Of a stretch of DNA of 64,000 nt, positions 38,419-51,779 are shown one piece after another; position 1 is the stretch's first letter, and each line of letters opens with the position of its first letter. The notes under the pieces are model-generated. The model made no database searches. It saw nothing but the letters and a program-made list of their open reading frames with translations, and had not been told where the DNA came from. Position numbers and translations under genes: made by a program. Origin of the DNA: Vicugna vicugna (Eukaryota). The stretch is from contig MU058836.1 in NCBI GenBank assembly GCA_013265495.1, positions 186,001-250,000 on the forward strand. The letters run 5' to 3'.

Positions 38419-38769
38419 GATCTTTTATAGGGAAGGCTTGGATAACTAATCAATACATATTTATAGAAACACTTTTGAATACAGACTATGTTCATGGAAG
38501 TAATGAGAGTTCGAAGGACTCGCACCAAGAAATGGAATGGTTTGAGTTTCTGATTGTGAATTCGTACATCACAGAAAATTGTCACGAAAGTTGTACTAGC
38601 TTCATTGGAATAAGAAGGGAAATACAATCCCTGTTGGCTGTTTTTCTACCTCTAAGTGTTTCTGTGTGTTCTCTTTCTTCCTTTCATACAAACAAACATG
38701 CACTGGGCACTTATTATAGATAAGATGCTGTGAGGATGACGGGTGTCCACCCTCAACGTGTCCAGGAGG

Positions 38770-39000
38770 AGAGTGATAAGGCAGCACAGCTGGCAGAAGG
38801 GCCGAGAGCCTCGAGACTAGAGAATGTGTCCAGGTTCTGCCACTTTCCTGCTGTGTGACCTTGGGTAAATCACTTAACAATCCTGAGCTGCAGTTTCCTG
38901 CTCTATAAAATAAGAATAGCAGGTCCCTACAGGGGTTTCACAGGACTCCTAGAAAATCATAAATGTGACTAGCAACCTGTAAAGCACATAAAATGTTAAC
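38770..39000 (+). mobile_element. MIR SINE
   Basis: ctgccactttcctgctgtgtgaccttgggtaaatcacttaac. Confidence 0.8.
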
Positions 39001-39069
39001 TAAAATATGGTTTTGCAGACAATGTCATGTCTGCTGCATTCATTGAATGGTTAATATTGGAATATTGCA

Positions 39070-39300
39070 CGTCCTGGGCTCAAATTTGGCCTGCACTGTG
39101 TCTTTAAAACTTTGAAAGAGTCGCCAGCATTTAAAGCTCAAATTCAGTTTCCATTTAAAAAAATGTGGAAAACCTATCAACATAGGATCCACATTATAGC
39201 ACAGCAATAATGGTCCAAAATTGAGCAGAAGTACTACTTTTAGTTGGAACAGCTACCCTGTAGTTAGCCACAGTCCCCACTACTCCCTTTTGACTTAACA
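39070..39300 (+). mobile_element. MER102-like hAT element
   Basis: tttggcctgcactgtgtctttaaaac...gccagcatttaaa...agttagccacagtccccactactccc. Confidence 0.6.
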
Positions 39301-39309
39301 CGTTACAAA

Positions 39310-39720
39310 TCACTATAACAAAAGAGAGACAGAGGGAAGTGTGACAAAAGGCAGACGCTGGGTATTAAAGAGAGAACATGTGCCACTGCAACCCTAGGAG
39401 AGATGCCTGGAGGAGGTGGTATTTGAGCCACATCTTGAAGATTATGTGGAAATGAGGGGAGAAAACAAGAATTCCAGGAAGAAACAGTGCAGAAGAAAGT
39501 ATGGTGGTGAGTAAATGTGGCGTGGGGACTGGGGAATGGTCACCACTATCTAAATTAAAAGAAAGGTTTGTGAAGGATATTCATTCATTTATCAAGTATT
39601 TACTGAGAATCTCTGTGTCAGGCTCTGGAGATACAGAAATGAGTAAGACAGACACTTAAACCTGCCTTCTCAGAGCTTACAGTCCAATGGGGGAGACAAT
39701 GAAGTTGGCCCAATTCCCAC
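39310..39720 (-). mobile_element. L2 fragments
   Basis: cctggaggaggtggtatttgagcc and attcattcatttatcaagtatttactgag. Confidence 0.65.
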
Positions 39721-39789
39721 AGCAGGCTGGAAGGACTTTATACCAACCAGGAAAGTCACAGAATCCCTTACTGTCTGCAGAACAGACTT

Positions 39790-40360
39790 GGAGCTCAGAG
39801 GAAGTTCGGATCATGAGTTGTAGCTGTGACTCCAGTTCTGGCACTAATCTCCTGCGTGTCCATCAGCCATTGACCACACGCATCACCGCACTCATCCACG
39901 TGAACAGAGGTCAGACCAACATCAGTTACTTCCCAGCATCTTTGGGATGGCAACAGTGGAAAATAGAAGTAAAAGTGTTTTGAAATGTACAGTAAGTTAC
40001 ACAAATGCAAGTTGTTCGTGTTTTTATTTCCCTGGTCTCCCAGGATCACATTGTAGGCAGTACTGATAACCTCACATCATAGAGACAGAAGAAATGATCG
40101 CTCAAAACTATTTGTGGCTAACGGAAGATGCAGGCAGAACAAATGTGAATGTGGGCCTTGTAACCCCCCAGACCTGAATGCTCACCATTTGCTACCTGCG
40201 TAACTTCAGACATGACACAACCTCTCCGGGCTTTTCTCACCTGTAAATGATCTCTGTAATACCTCTTTCCTTAGGTGGTCATGAGTATAAAATGGAAGAA
40301 TTTACTACAGTGCCTGGGAAACAGTAATCATTCGATAAATGGCAATTAAGATGATTTTCA
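39790..40360 (+). mobile_element. MIR fragments (two)
   Basis: ccagttctggcactaat; ttctcacctgtaaatg...acagtgcctgggaaacagtaa. Confidence 0.55.
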
Positions 40361-40628
40361 TTATGGCTCACCTGGCTTTCCTTCAATGACAAGGAGCGGT
40401 TGGAGAACCAGGGAATCATAGAATTAGAAGTCGCTTGAAAAAGTGTTTTTCTCTCCCTGAGAGTATGGTCCTACACATCTCATCCCAGCATTTCCAACTC
40501 CAAAAGCTGTGACTCTACTTACATATTAACAAATTTCCTCTTAAATTTAAGTCCATTTTATCTTTTTAAAAAATGTCTCTGTAGAATAACAGGACTAGAG
40601 AAAGAGTCAGCTGGACAAGTCCAAGACC

Positions 40629-40741
40629 TAGTGTGACTGATCGTCCCAGTTTGCTGGGGACTGAGGGGTCTCCCAGGACACTGGACATTGAGTACCAAAA
40701 CGAGGATGGTCCTGGGCAAACAGGGTTGGTTGGTCACTCTA
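40629..40741. mobile_element. MER81-like hAT-Blackjack MITE
   Basis: TIRs tagtgtgact / ggtcactcta; internal gtcccagtttgctggggactgagggg. Confidence 0.75.
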
Positions 40742-41839
40742 CCTCACTTCGTGTATAATTTATATCTCTAGCTCAGCCAGAAACGCTAACATCTGTACAA
40801 CACACTGCATTCTATTTCTTACTACGTACAAATACAGACAACCAGGTGTAATGAGTAACTAGAGGCCAACGCCCCGTGTAGACCAGTGTGTGCACTACCA
40901 CCTTCCCGCCGGAACAGAACACAGTCTTTTCATCAATTCACCAGGACCCTTGATGGCATAGACACACATTGCCAGAACTCTGTTTTGGTGTTTATTATGA
41001 CCTTGGAAGGAAGGTGGTCCTATCTTCCCTATATCTCCGATGCTGTCTCAGATAATGAATTTAACAGCTCAGAGCCAAATGGTTTTCAAAGTCCATCCTC
41101 AATGTCTATAGTGAGGGGCTTGTTTTTGTGTCTTATCTTATCAAATCTGGATCAGAATAAAATCACGGCACCCCTCTTACTTTGGTGACTGTGTATGAAC
41201 TTTGTTTCCACTGGTTCAGGCTCAGGTTGAGTTCTGTTGATGTTTCTGCCTGATTAGTGAAATCCTCCTTTCTTGGGCTGGGTTGCTCTAAGCACTTCAC
41301 TGTGTGGTCTGCAAACCAAATCATGATGGCTGAAGGCACTGAGCTCTCCGTTAAGTCTTCCAGGTCTTCCTTTCAAAATTCCTGCTTCCGTTAAGGAACA
41401 TTATTTTTCATGAACTCAAAATAACTTAGGCAACCTTTCTTACTTTGGGATTTCCCTTAATTTTTTACACAGAGACAAAGCCTTGAAGTCAGTCAGGATA
41501 ATGACTGGTTACAGAGGGAATGAGAAACATTCCTTCTTGAATGCCCTCAATTCCTTGGAGAATTACAGGAAATGTGCCAATAATGTCCAGTGGTCATTCA
41601 GTTTTTCCAGTAACTTGAATGACTCATAGTGGCAGAAACCAGGTCCTCAAGAAGTATTACACCATCCCCTTGTGACAAACAAGCAGAAGCTTCTCAGTGA
41701 AGTTGTGAAAACCCAACTGTCAGCATCATCAGCCACATAGTCAGGGTAATCTTGAAGAACCACCTTGATTTTTAAACCATGGGAAAATAGACCTTCAAAA
41801 AGACATGTCTAGAAGACATTATGACAGATAACAAACAGC

Positions 41840-43030
41840 AAAAAATAAATTTCAACATATGTCATAATATGGTTTCCTTAATATATAAAGAGCTCTTATA
41901 ATTCAATAAGAAAGAAAAATAACATCCCAATAGAAAAATGGATAAAGATCACGAGCAGACTTCTTCATAGGATACACAAATGTCTATTTAGGATTTGAAA
42001 AACAATTCAACTTCATTAAAAGCAAGTGTACAAATAAAAACAGAATATTTTCACCTCAGTGGGGAAAAATCAAAGCTTTATAATACAGGACATCGGTAAA
42101 AAACGTGTAGGTACTTTCTCAAAATGTTTCTAAAAGTATTAAGGGTGTAACCTCTTTAAAGAGCAAAGCAAATGTTTAAAATCAGTAATAAAGCAATAGT
42201 AGAAATTTATTTTATCATGAACTTGCATTCATGGATATATCCAAGGATGTACATTGAAACATTGTCAAACAGCAAAGAGTAGGCAGATACTAAATGTTCA
42301 TTAACTAGAAATTATTAAATATTATGGACTGAATATTTGTGTCCCCTCAAATTCATATGTTGAAATCCTCACCTCCAGTATGATGATATTAGGAGGTGGG
42401 GTATTTGGGAGGTAATTTAGTCAGGAAGGGGAGGCCCTGATGAATGGGATGAATGCTCTTAGAGAAAGAAACACGAGAGCTTGCTTCCTACCCTCTTCTG
42501 CCTTCTGCTATGTGACGATACAAGGAAGAGACAGCTGTAAACAAGGAAGAGGGCCTTCTCCAAGAAACTGACCCTTCTGGCCCCCTCATCTTGGACTTTA
42601 CAGCCTCTAGAACTGTGAGAAATAAATGTGGTTTAAGCCGCCCAATCTATGGTGATTTGTTACAGCAGCCATAATCAAGGCAGATACGTAAAAAGATGCA
42701 ATGATGGAACACCATACAATTATTATAAACAATGAGACAGATCTCCATGTACTAGATTTTTAACTAAGAAAAGCAAGTGAGGAAGGAAGTGTGCAGCATG
42801 CTTCCATATGTGAAAAACAGGGAATATTAAAAAAAAAACTAGACACAGATAGAAATAGAAATAGAGATAAACACCGCATTCATGTGTACTTCTATACATC
42901 CAGAAAATGCTAAGGCAGCACACAAAAGTCTGTTATAAGCTACCTTTCGGAAAGTAGAATTTGGGATCAGAGAGAGCGATTCCTTTCTATTTTATATCCT
43001 TTTATACTCATAATTTTTCATTCTTTCTCA
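41840..43030 (+). mobile_element. Old L1 (L1ME-type) fragments
   Basis: ccttaatatataaagagctcttataattcaataagaaag...cccaatagaaaaatggataaaga ORF2 3' relic, interrupted by MLT1A. Confidence 0.65.
42320..42682 (+). mobile_element. MaLR solo LTR (MLT1A-like)
   Basis: tatggactgaatatttgtgtcccctcaaattcatatgttgaaatcc...cctctagaactgtgagaaataaatg. Confidence 0.85.
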
Positions 43031-43699
43031 AAGATATTAGGATAATAACACAAACGGAGTCAGCATCTATGTTACATTTACTTAATACCACTCGTAGAAA
43101 CTGTTAATAAGGACTAAATACCCTGGGTGTCTTGCCCCGTATCCTCTTTATCCATCTCTCTCCATGAATCCCTGACTAGTAGCACATATCACCCTGCATA
43201 GCTCTTGCATGTTGGAGGTCCACTTTCCCTAATTGCCCGTGATCTCTAAAGGATAAACCGGTGGTGTTTTGCGGAATGGGGTGGGGTTCTGATCTGGCCT
43301 CCAACTCTGCCACTTATCTGTCATGGCTCCTGTTATACAGATGAGGAACCTAAAGTTCAGGGAGAGGACGAAGGAATTTTTACCTCCAGTTACACAGCCA
43401 GTGAGCAGTTGAATCATGATCAGGATATATGGTTCCTTCCTCCAGACCTACTTCAACTTTGAAGTGACTGAGGAGTACCCAAAGCTTTCAAAGAAACGTT
43501 GGCCTGCCGTTCAACCTAGTACAAGGAGGGAGATTCAGATGTTCCTTCTGAGAGAGTGATCATCTCACAACCGTTCCTCATTCCAAGGACAGACTTGCAC
43601 AGGTCAGTGGGTGGAACGATGATCTTTCCTTACTTGACCTCCAGAGGTAGGATCCCCAAGGTCTTGTGTTATGGGACAAGGCAGAATAGCTGGCAGAAA

Positions 43700-43930
43700 T
43701 GCAGGGAGTCCGAGACTACAGAACGAACCCTGGCTCTGCCGCTCTCTTGCTCTGTACCTGAGGACAAGTAACTGAACATTTCTGAATTTAAGATGCCCCT
43801 CCTGTAAAACAGAGTAACAGCAGTGCACAAAGTTCTCATGGGTCTCAGATATAATCATGCAAATGATTTGTAAATGGCAGAGCACTATGAAAAGTGGATG
43901 TAAAGCATCATTACACAGACAGTAAGTGCA
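43700..43930 (+). mobile_element. MIR SINE
   Basis: ccctggctctgcc...gacaagtaactgaacatttctga...ctgtaaaacagag. Confidence 0.65.
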
Positions 43931-43944
43931 TCTGCTTGTCTTTG

Positions 43945-44365
43945 CTGGAGAATGTAATTCTAAGTGAAGCAATCCAGAAAGAGAAAGAAATATACCATAT
44001 GAGATCACTTACATGTGGAATCTAAAAAAAAAAAACAAGACAAACGAACTTATTTACAAAACAGAAACAGACTCACAGACATAGAAAACAAACTTACGGT
44101 CACCAGGGCAGGAAGAGGGTGGGAAGGGATAAATTGGGAGTTCGAGATTTGCAGATACTAACTACTATATAAAATAGATAAGCAACAAGTTTATATTGTA
44201 CAGCACAGGGAACCATATTCAGTATCTTGTAGTTACTTACGGTGAAAAAGAATATGAAAATGAATATATGTGTGTTCTTATATGACTGAAGTAGTGTGCT
44301 GTACACCAGAAATTGACACAATATTGAAAACTGACTATAATTCAATAAAAATATATTTTAAAAAA
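43945..44365 (+). mobile_element. 5'-truncated L1 3' end
   Basis: ctaagtgaag...gatcacttacatgtggaatct...caccagaaattgacaca...ttcaataaaaa. Confidence 0.9.
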
Positions 44366-45419
44366 TTCTTGTGGGAGCCCTCCTACCATCAATAGGAACC
44401 TCATGAAGGCTCTGCGGGACCTTCTGGAAGACACCCCTGAACTGGACTTCTCTATCCCATAGGAGCCAACAGGCCCACAAAACAAGGGACTCACGTGCAT
44501 GTATGTGTGCAATCTATGAGTAAGTAAGTGTATTAGAATTACTCACATAATAAGTAAGCAAATTGGATAAAAAGTATATCGCCACAGTTCCTCAGCCCAA
44601 AGAGCATAATGTCAAGAGATAAACAGGTTGACTCAGTCAGCCCTAAAATAGAAGTCTGCGATTTATGGATACATTCACTTACTCATTCATTCAACACATA
44701 TTTACTGGGTGCCTATTATACTCCTGGCATTTGCTAAGAATCCTGGGGAAAAAAATAAAAAATTCCTGCCCCGACAAGCTGTTCAGTTGACTCTTCCATT
44801 AACTGTGCAGCTGAACAACTTGACTTCACCTCTCTTTCCATACCAATTCCTGCACCTTTAAGGTACTTGGTTCTGAGGATTTTGATTAGCCTAAGTGAGT
44901 TTTGTCTAGGTGAATGCATCTTAAACTCTGTCAATGAGCAGCAGAGCTTTAATCAACATTGGGCGAAGCCGAGCACATCACTTTATGGAGACGGCCCTGA
45001 GGCCCAGAGGGGTCAGGTTAAGTTGCTCAGGTGGGTGGCTAGGTGTGGGCTGAGCCAGTTCCCAACATAATCACTGTCACCACCATCACCAGAGCCCAGC
45101 AGGTCTTCCAAGCCCTTAGGCCACACTAGGACCCCTTCTTCGGTTTTAGCCCAATTATTTTTACAGTCTTCCTTCTGCTGTCTTTGAGTTCTGCACGTAC
45201 AGAATAGAGTAGTTAGGTTACGCCTGTAAAACGTGAGCCCTCCTGGATTTAAAGATTCTCTCTGCACTTGTGGTTTGCTCATAACGGTTTGACTGCCAAA
45301 GCTTCGCCTTCACTTCCAGCACTCTGATTCAAATTGGGGGGAGTTAATTAAATATTGCAGAAATAACCTGAGCTTATATGTTCCCTTCCTTCATGCTTTA
45401 GGAAAGGGAGTTCCCTATT

Positions 45420-46046
45420 CAATACTTCTGAATTCAGGGGCTCTGTGGACCTGGACAAGAAAAAGTTACATCTTAATTTTCATCAGTCGCTAACTGAAAT
45501 TTAACATTACTTTTAGATAAAAATGTAGGAAACAGACCAATGGTGGTCTTAGAATTTTGTCATAATTAAAGTCACAAAGTAATTCCTTAGTGGTAGAGCA
45601 CATGCTTAGCATGCACGAGTTCCTGAGTTCAACCCGTGGTACCTCCATTAAAGTAAATAAGTAAATGAATAAACCTAATTACCTCCCCTCCAAAACAAAC
45701 AAAAAATAAGTTAGTATTTTTTAAAATAAATTAAAAAAATAAAATGAAGTCACAGGGGTTTTCATAGCACATCACAGTTGTGAAATATCCTATGAGCTCA
45801 CCACCGCTTCAAAAGTAAAGTACTCATTTGGGTCCACCTTTAGATTATAATATTAATGTTAATAAATGCATAAATTACTGTATCACAAATTCTTAAAATA
45901 TTTTGGTAGCTTTAAAATAAATGTTCATGTTTGTTATTCAATGTATTTTATTTTATACATTTAAAAACATAAATCTGAAAAAGAATCTATCATGTTCTCC
46001 AGATTGCCAGAGAGATCCACTGCCACAAAATTTTTAAGAATTCTGG
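45420..46046 (+). mobile_element. MER113-like hAT-Charlie element (interrupted by SINE)
   Basis: aaaagttacatcttaattttcatc...ctaactgaaatttaacatt...atgtattttattttatacatttaaaaacat...ccagattgccagagagatccac. Confidence 0.7.
45586..45742 (+). mobile_element. Vic-1-like SINE, 5'-truncated
   Basis: tagtggtagagcacatgcttagcatgcacgag...tacctcca plus tail; aagtcaca on both flanks. Confidence 0.88.
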
Positions 46047-46055
46047 CTTTTAAAT

Positions 46056-46247
46056 CAGTGTTTCTCAATCAGGGGTGATTTTGTTCCTGTACCCTGGGGA
46101 CATTTGGCAGTGTCTGGAAACAGTTGCTACTGGCATCTAACGGGTAGAGGACACAGATACTGCTAAACAGTCTACGATGCACAGGACATCACACACACAC
46201 AAAGAATTATAGCCAAAGGTCAACTGTGCTGAGTTTGAGAAACCCTA
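46056..46247. mobile_element. MER20 hAT-Charlie MITE
   Basis: cagtgtttctcaatcaggggtgattttg...ggggacatttggcagtgtctggaaaca...gctactggcatcta...ttgagaaaccct. Confidence 0.85.
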
Positions 46248-47167
46248 TTTAGGAGCAATATAATACAAAAGGCCAAGAAGTTGCTACTCTATTCATTCCC
46301 ACTTAATTTCCATTTATGGTCATCCGTGTTGACTCTCTTGCTCTCCATTTGAGTAATCAGATGAAGTAGGTTTGTTTTGTTTTTGTTTTTAATTCTTGTA
46401 CCCACCCCATCTCCAAGCATTACAAATTTCCCTGGATCTGTGAGCCAGAAGCTCTGGGAAGGGCGGAGCGAAGAGTCTTGATGAATTTATTGGACTAACT
46501 TCTTCAAAATGTAAGCAAGGAGGCAGTGAGCCACAGGCAAAGCACAGTGGTTCACAGGTCCTCCGTCTGGCTCCCAAGGCCTTATATTGACTGAATGATT
46601 AATTAGTGCTTTCTCCAAGGGTGGCCTCTTTTAGAAGAGCTCCCTTCAAGGCCAGGAGGGCAGCAGGAAGGAGGAGGTGAGGAGACCAAGGGACCAGTAA
46701 TAACAACACAGGACACAAGTGAGCCAGCCATTGTCTTCTTCTTCCCCCCTCCCCTTAGGAACATATTCATCTCCAAAGGAAAACCTGTCATATGTCGATT
46801 TTTAAAAATGAATTTCTCGAATGAAGAAACAAAGATTGAATACTACAAGATTTAAAAAAAAAAAAGTACAAAGGGTAAAAGTCAGAATAGTGTGTTTAAT
46901 ACTCTTGTAGGAGAAGCCTTGGCAAACAGCTTGCCTTTGCCTTGGCACACATTACGTACCCATCCAGGCTGTGGGTGACTTTCCTTTCTGCTTAGAGGTT
47001 CTGAAAAACTCTGGCTTGATCTGGCACAGACCAGCCTTGCTGGGGAGTCTCCCTTGTTATGTAATATAAAAAAAGAGGACAAGAAGCCAATGGCCCAGCA
47101 TGGTCTAAGTGTGAAAGGTTGATCAGGGACTTCTCATGAGAAAGGAGTTCAGCCTCAAGGGGGCTGA

Positions 47168-47635
47168 TGTAATGGTTAATTTTATGCGTCAACCTGGCTG
47201 GGTCACAGGGTGTCCGTATATTTGGCTAAATATTATTTTAGATGTGTCTGTGAGCATGTTCCCAGATGAAATTAACACCAGAATCAATGGACCCAGTAAA
47301 GTAATTTGCCCTCGGCAATGTGATGGGCAGGGTCCAATTCACAGAGGGCCCAAAAAGAACAGAAGGGCAGGAGAAGGAAGAATCTGGCCCTTCCTGCCTG
47401 AGCTGGGACATTGATCTCCTCTTGCCTCGTAGCTTCCGATGCTCAGGTCTTTGGCCTCGGGCTGAATCCCACCATCGGCTTTCCTGGGTCTCCAGCCTAC
47501 AACTGGCATAGCTCAGCCTCCAGAACTGCATGAGCCAATTCCTTATAATATATAACATATATTGATTTGTTCTCCATTTATCTATCTACATCATATTGGT
47601 TCTGTTTCTCTACAGAACCCTGACTGACCAAGACA
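47168..47635 (+). mobile_element. ERVL solo LTR (MLT2B-like)
   Basis: tgtaatggttaattttatgcgtcaacctggctggg...tattggttctgtttctctacagaaccctgact. Confidence 0.85.
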
Positions 47636-48019
47636 GCTGGCTAACTCCTAAATCCCCAGTCCACAGCACAATACTTGGCAAGATGTTCAATAAATATTTG
47701 TTAAATGAATAAATTTACTAATGAATAAATAAACCACAATCACCTTTTGAGGAAATATTCACTTTCCCATTTCACAGATGTAGGGACTCAAGGAATTTAA
47801 GTAGGCTCGCCCCACATGACAGAATTTCTAATAGACTAAGCCAGTATGAGCTCCAGGTCATCTGACTGGAAACACCTCACCCGAGACACTTTTTTTTTTG
47901 CCCTCTTAGGGCTTTCCTGAAGGGGGATTTGGTCCCAACACACCCTGAAGGGGCTAAAGAATGATCTGGCGGGGGCATGATTCACACCACTGATTAGCAG
48001 CATTGATGGCAATCGATAG

Positions 48020-48205
48020 TTTGGAAAGTACTATGCTCAGCAAAATTTAACATGTTTCTTTACTGGAGGACTTAGCAAAGCTTTTCATAAAAGTACCAAC
48101 ATCTGGCAGAAATAGAAGGCGGTATTTCGCAAACCTAACTGAGGAGCACCTTCTGGGTACAACATAAACCCACGTTGTGCAGGACTCCTTTTGAGAAACA
48201 TGGTT
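48020..48205. mobile_element. Degenerate hAT-Charlie fragment (MER103-like)
   Basis: aaaatttaacatgtttctttactggaggactt...ctttt gagaaacatgg. Confidence 0.4.
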
Positions 48206-49084
48206 ATCTTGCCTCTGTTGTCCTTGCTACCAGATTGGATGGCGACCAGAATAGAAAAATCATCTCACTTCCTCTTCAGAATAACCAACCTGGTGAGGCA
48301 GTTGTTCACCATCATCTGGGTACGAGATACCGAGGAGGCATTTCCAGGATGAGGACCCGGCCCCATGGTTACTCAACTAACCAACAGCAGAAACACACCG
48401 CCTGTGGTTCTTTCAACCCTGCTTAGGAACAGAGCCGCTTTCTGGAAGGCCGTGCAGTGCCAGAACGCATGTTCATCATCACTCTCACACCCGCAGTCAG
48501 AAAGCTTGATCGGATACATATGCACAAATAAACTCGGAGTCATCGCTCTCCTCTCTGCCCTCAATGAGGAAATGTGACGTGAAGTACATTCAAGATGCTG
48601 CCAAGATGATCAACCACAGGACTTCGTCGGGGGATACATGGGGATTGTTTGTGGCCTAATTCTTTCATCTTTGTTCTGTGCACAATCATCTTTGAAGAGA
48701 TAGAAAAATGAAACTAATACGATGTTTACGTGCCTGCCTTCCTACTTGGCCCTAGGACTTTCCAGGAAATAAGAAGTCACATTCCATGATGTGCGTATTA
48801 ACTTTAAACTCAGGACAGAAAAAAAATTGTTTCCAATAAACAAATATAGACCAAATTATTTCATAGGTTCTTTCTTTTCTTCTTTAATTTTGATTTGATT
48901 GAAGTTTATGTCACTTCAACAGAAGAGTTACAGTCTCTTTTCAGGTATCATCTCACGATGCTGTAGAGTCTCTGGAGGGAAATATTTGAGGAATGAGATT
49001 CTAGCTACCTAAAACAAAGCTGCAAATGCGCCAGAAATACAAATCCACTGAAGGGGAAGAGTAGTCATCAGAAGCAGCACTGAG

Positions 49085-49263
49085 GGTGGGGAAGGATGTG
49101 GCTCAGTGGTAAAGTGCCTGCTTAGCACGCACAAGGTCCTGGGTTCAAACCCCAGGATCTCCATTAAAATATAATAATAATAATCTTACAATAAATAAAT
49201 AAACCTAATTACCTCCCCCCTCAAAAACACACACACACACACAAAAACTAAGTTAAAAAAAAT
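49085..49263 (+). mobile_element. Vic-1-like tRNA-Ala SINE
   Basis: ggctcagtggtaaagtgcctgcttagcacgcacaaggtcctgggttcaaacccc; TSD gaagcagcactgag / gaagtagcattgag. Confidence 0.9.
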
Positions 49264-49349
49264 GAAGTAGCATTGAGAAGGCATTTCAGGAATGCTTGAA
49301 GTAATAAAAGGTTGTGTGATTCAGGGTCCTAATCCAATCACACTGAGTA

Positions 49350-49780
49350 TATAGTGGCATGGTGGTTAAGAACACAAACAGGGAGTCAGATTTGAAGCCC
49401 AGTTTTGTTACTTATGGCAATAGTAGTACACTTAGAGCTATACCATCTTGAACAAGTTATTTAAACATTCTATGCCTCAGTTTCCCCTCTGCAAAATGGG
49501 GGTAAAAGTAACATCTACCGTATACGATTATGAAGACTCAGCACGTGTAAAGTGCACAGAACGCTTGGTACAAAGTTAGCTTTCAATTCATGTCAACAAT
49601 AACCAGTATCACAAGCTGCATGACCATGAAAAGTCAGTTCACTCCTATAAGTCTCAGTTTTGCCATCTATAAAACTGAAATAATCATAATGCTATCACAA
49701 TATTACAGTGAAGAACAGATAAGACAAGGGACAGAAGTTAAACTGTAAGATATCATCACCCAAATGTAAGGTGATTATTC
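49350..49780 (+). mobile_element. Two tandem MIR SINEs
   Basis: ggcatggtggttaagaaca...tatgcctcagtttcccctctgcaaaatgggg; second core gtctcagttttgccatctataaaactg. Confidence 0.75.
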
Positions 49781-49899
49781 TCCTGCTATAATATGGTGGT
49801 GCTTTTTTTCTGCTCAGTGGAAGGTATTTCCTCTTCATCTCAGGACTTCAGATTAGCTCTCTGGGCACTGGCCTTTCCAGGGAACAGGGGGATACACTC

Positions 49900-50580
49900 T
49901 TCTTCTGTGTGCCAAAGAAGGAACCCTTGGTCCTTCATCAGTCCTTTCCATCCCAATGAACGTCACCATTCACCACCATCCAGTGGCCAAAAACCAGGGT
50001 GCCATCCATGACTACTTTGCTTCACCACCTGGTCAAGCTAGTTGATCAGCACTTCCTCTTGGGTCCATCTCCAACATAGAGCCCTAATCGGCCACTTGTC
50101 CACGTTCATATTGGCTGTCCTAATTCACGTACCATCATTTCTTGCCGGTGACAGCCTTCCATACTCCCACTTCCTCACATGTGTGATCCATTCCATTTCA
50201 TTCTCCCCAGTACAGTTGGAGAAATCTTTTTAAAATGTCATTCCAATCATGTCTCTTTCCAGCTCTGAATCCAACCATGGCTTCCCATTCTCACATTCCT
50301 CGCCAAGACAGAGTCCTCACAAGGGCCCTGATTACTTCCCCACGTTATACCATACTACTCCAGTCTCCCCAATTCCTGCTCCAGTCGCCATCTTACTTCT
50401 ACACCCTATTCCATAGGTCTTTCTCAGTGATGCGAACACACTTATGCTCTTCTCTTCCTCAGGACCTTTGAACTTGCTGTCCCCTCCCCTTGGCTCTTTA
50501 AATGGCTGACTCCTTTGTATCCTCTGTATGGCCACTCAGCTTTCATCTCCTTAGAAAGGCCTTTCCTAACCACCTCCAAA
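49900..50580 (+). mobile_element. L2 fragment
   Basis: cctcaggacctttgaacttgctgtcccctc...catctccttagaaaggcctttcctaaccacc. Confidence 0.7.
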
Positions 50581-50691
50581 TGCTCATTTTTATAGTATTT
50601 ACCTCATAGAGTTATAATGAAGATTAAGTAAGAAATGCATTTAGAACAGTGCTTGGCACTTAAGAAGTAACTCATTAAAAATTGTGAATCA

Positions 50692-51302
50692 TCCTGGGCA
50701 TACATCCATAAGAAATCCTAATTCAAAAAGATACATGCACCCCAATGTTCATAGCAGCACTATTACAATAGCCAAGACATGAAAGCAACCTAAATGTCCA
50801 TTGACAGGTGAATGGATAAAAAATGTGGCACATGTATACAATGGAATATTACTCAGCCATAAAAAGAATGAAATAATGCCACTTGCAGAAATATGGATAG
50901 ACTTAGAGATTATCACATTAAGTGAAGTAAGTCAGACAGAGAAAGACAAATACCATATGATATCACTTATATGTGGAATCTAAAAAACAATGATACAAAT
51001 GAACTTATTTTCAAAACAGAAGCAAACTCTCAGACATAGAAAACAAACTTACGGTTACCAAAAGGGAAAGGAGAGAGTTAGGGAGGGATAAACTATGACT
51101 TTGAGATTAACACATACACTCTACTGTATATAAAATAGATAAACAACAAGGACCCTCTGTATAGCACAGGGAACTATATTCAATATCTTGTAACAACCTA
51201 TAATAGAAAAGAATCTGAAAAAGTATATATATATATATAACTGAATCACTTTGCTGTATACCTGAAACTAACACAACATTGTAAATCAACTATATTTCAA
51301 TA
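50692..51302 (+). mobile_element. 5'-truncated L1 3' end
   Basis: ORF2 C-terminus (EWIKNVAH.YNGILLSHKKNE...) and 3' UTR; TSD-like ttgtgaatcatc / ttataaatcatc. Confidence 0.9.
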
Positions 51303-51779
51303 ACAGTTATAAATCATCACCATCGTCATTCTCTACTACAGTAGCCTGTAAAGTTGCATGGAAAACACCGCCAAGAGGGTGTAATCGTGGTATCTGTCTA
51401 TTTACTTGCATTGTCTATACAGTTGTTAGTTCCATGAGGTATAGACCTTGTCTGTTTGTTTCCTGGTGTATCCTCACCCCTTCAGCACACCACCAGCCAC
51501 AGAGCAAGCTCTCAAATAGTCGTTGAAGGAATGAATGGAAGAGAGTCTCAGCTGTCAAAGGAGTTCAAATTGCTGAAACCCCACCAGGACCCAGGGCAGG
51601 ATCACCAAGGGCAGCTGGACATCAGGTTCCAGGGACCAGAGCTGTGTGTGCTCCAAGGGAACATTCCCTCCCTCCCCGCACTCACTCCCTCCACGGCCCT
51701 GTTTGTATTTAATAACGCATCCCGGCTTGTGCAAGAAAAGCAAAAAGATCGCACAAAACTCTTTTCTTTATCCTCTTTC

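Noticed and set aside
41610..41746. Exon-like segment with acceptor and donor on the plus strand
   Set aside because: Stops in all three frames, a weak donor and no other support
19822..49263. tRNA-Ala genes
   Set aside because: All five tRNA-like sequences have A-rich tails, and most have clear TSDs, so they are SINEs; four have damaged stems or boxes
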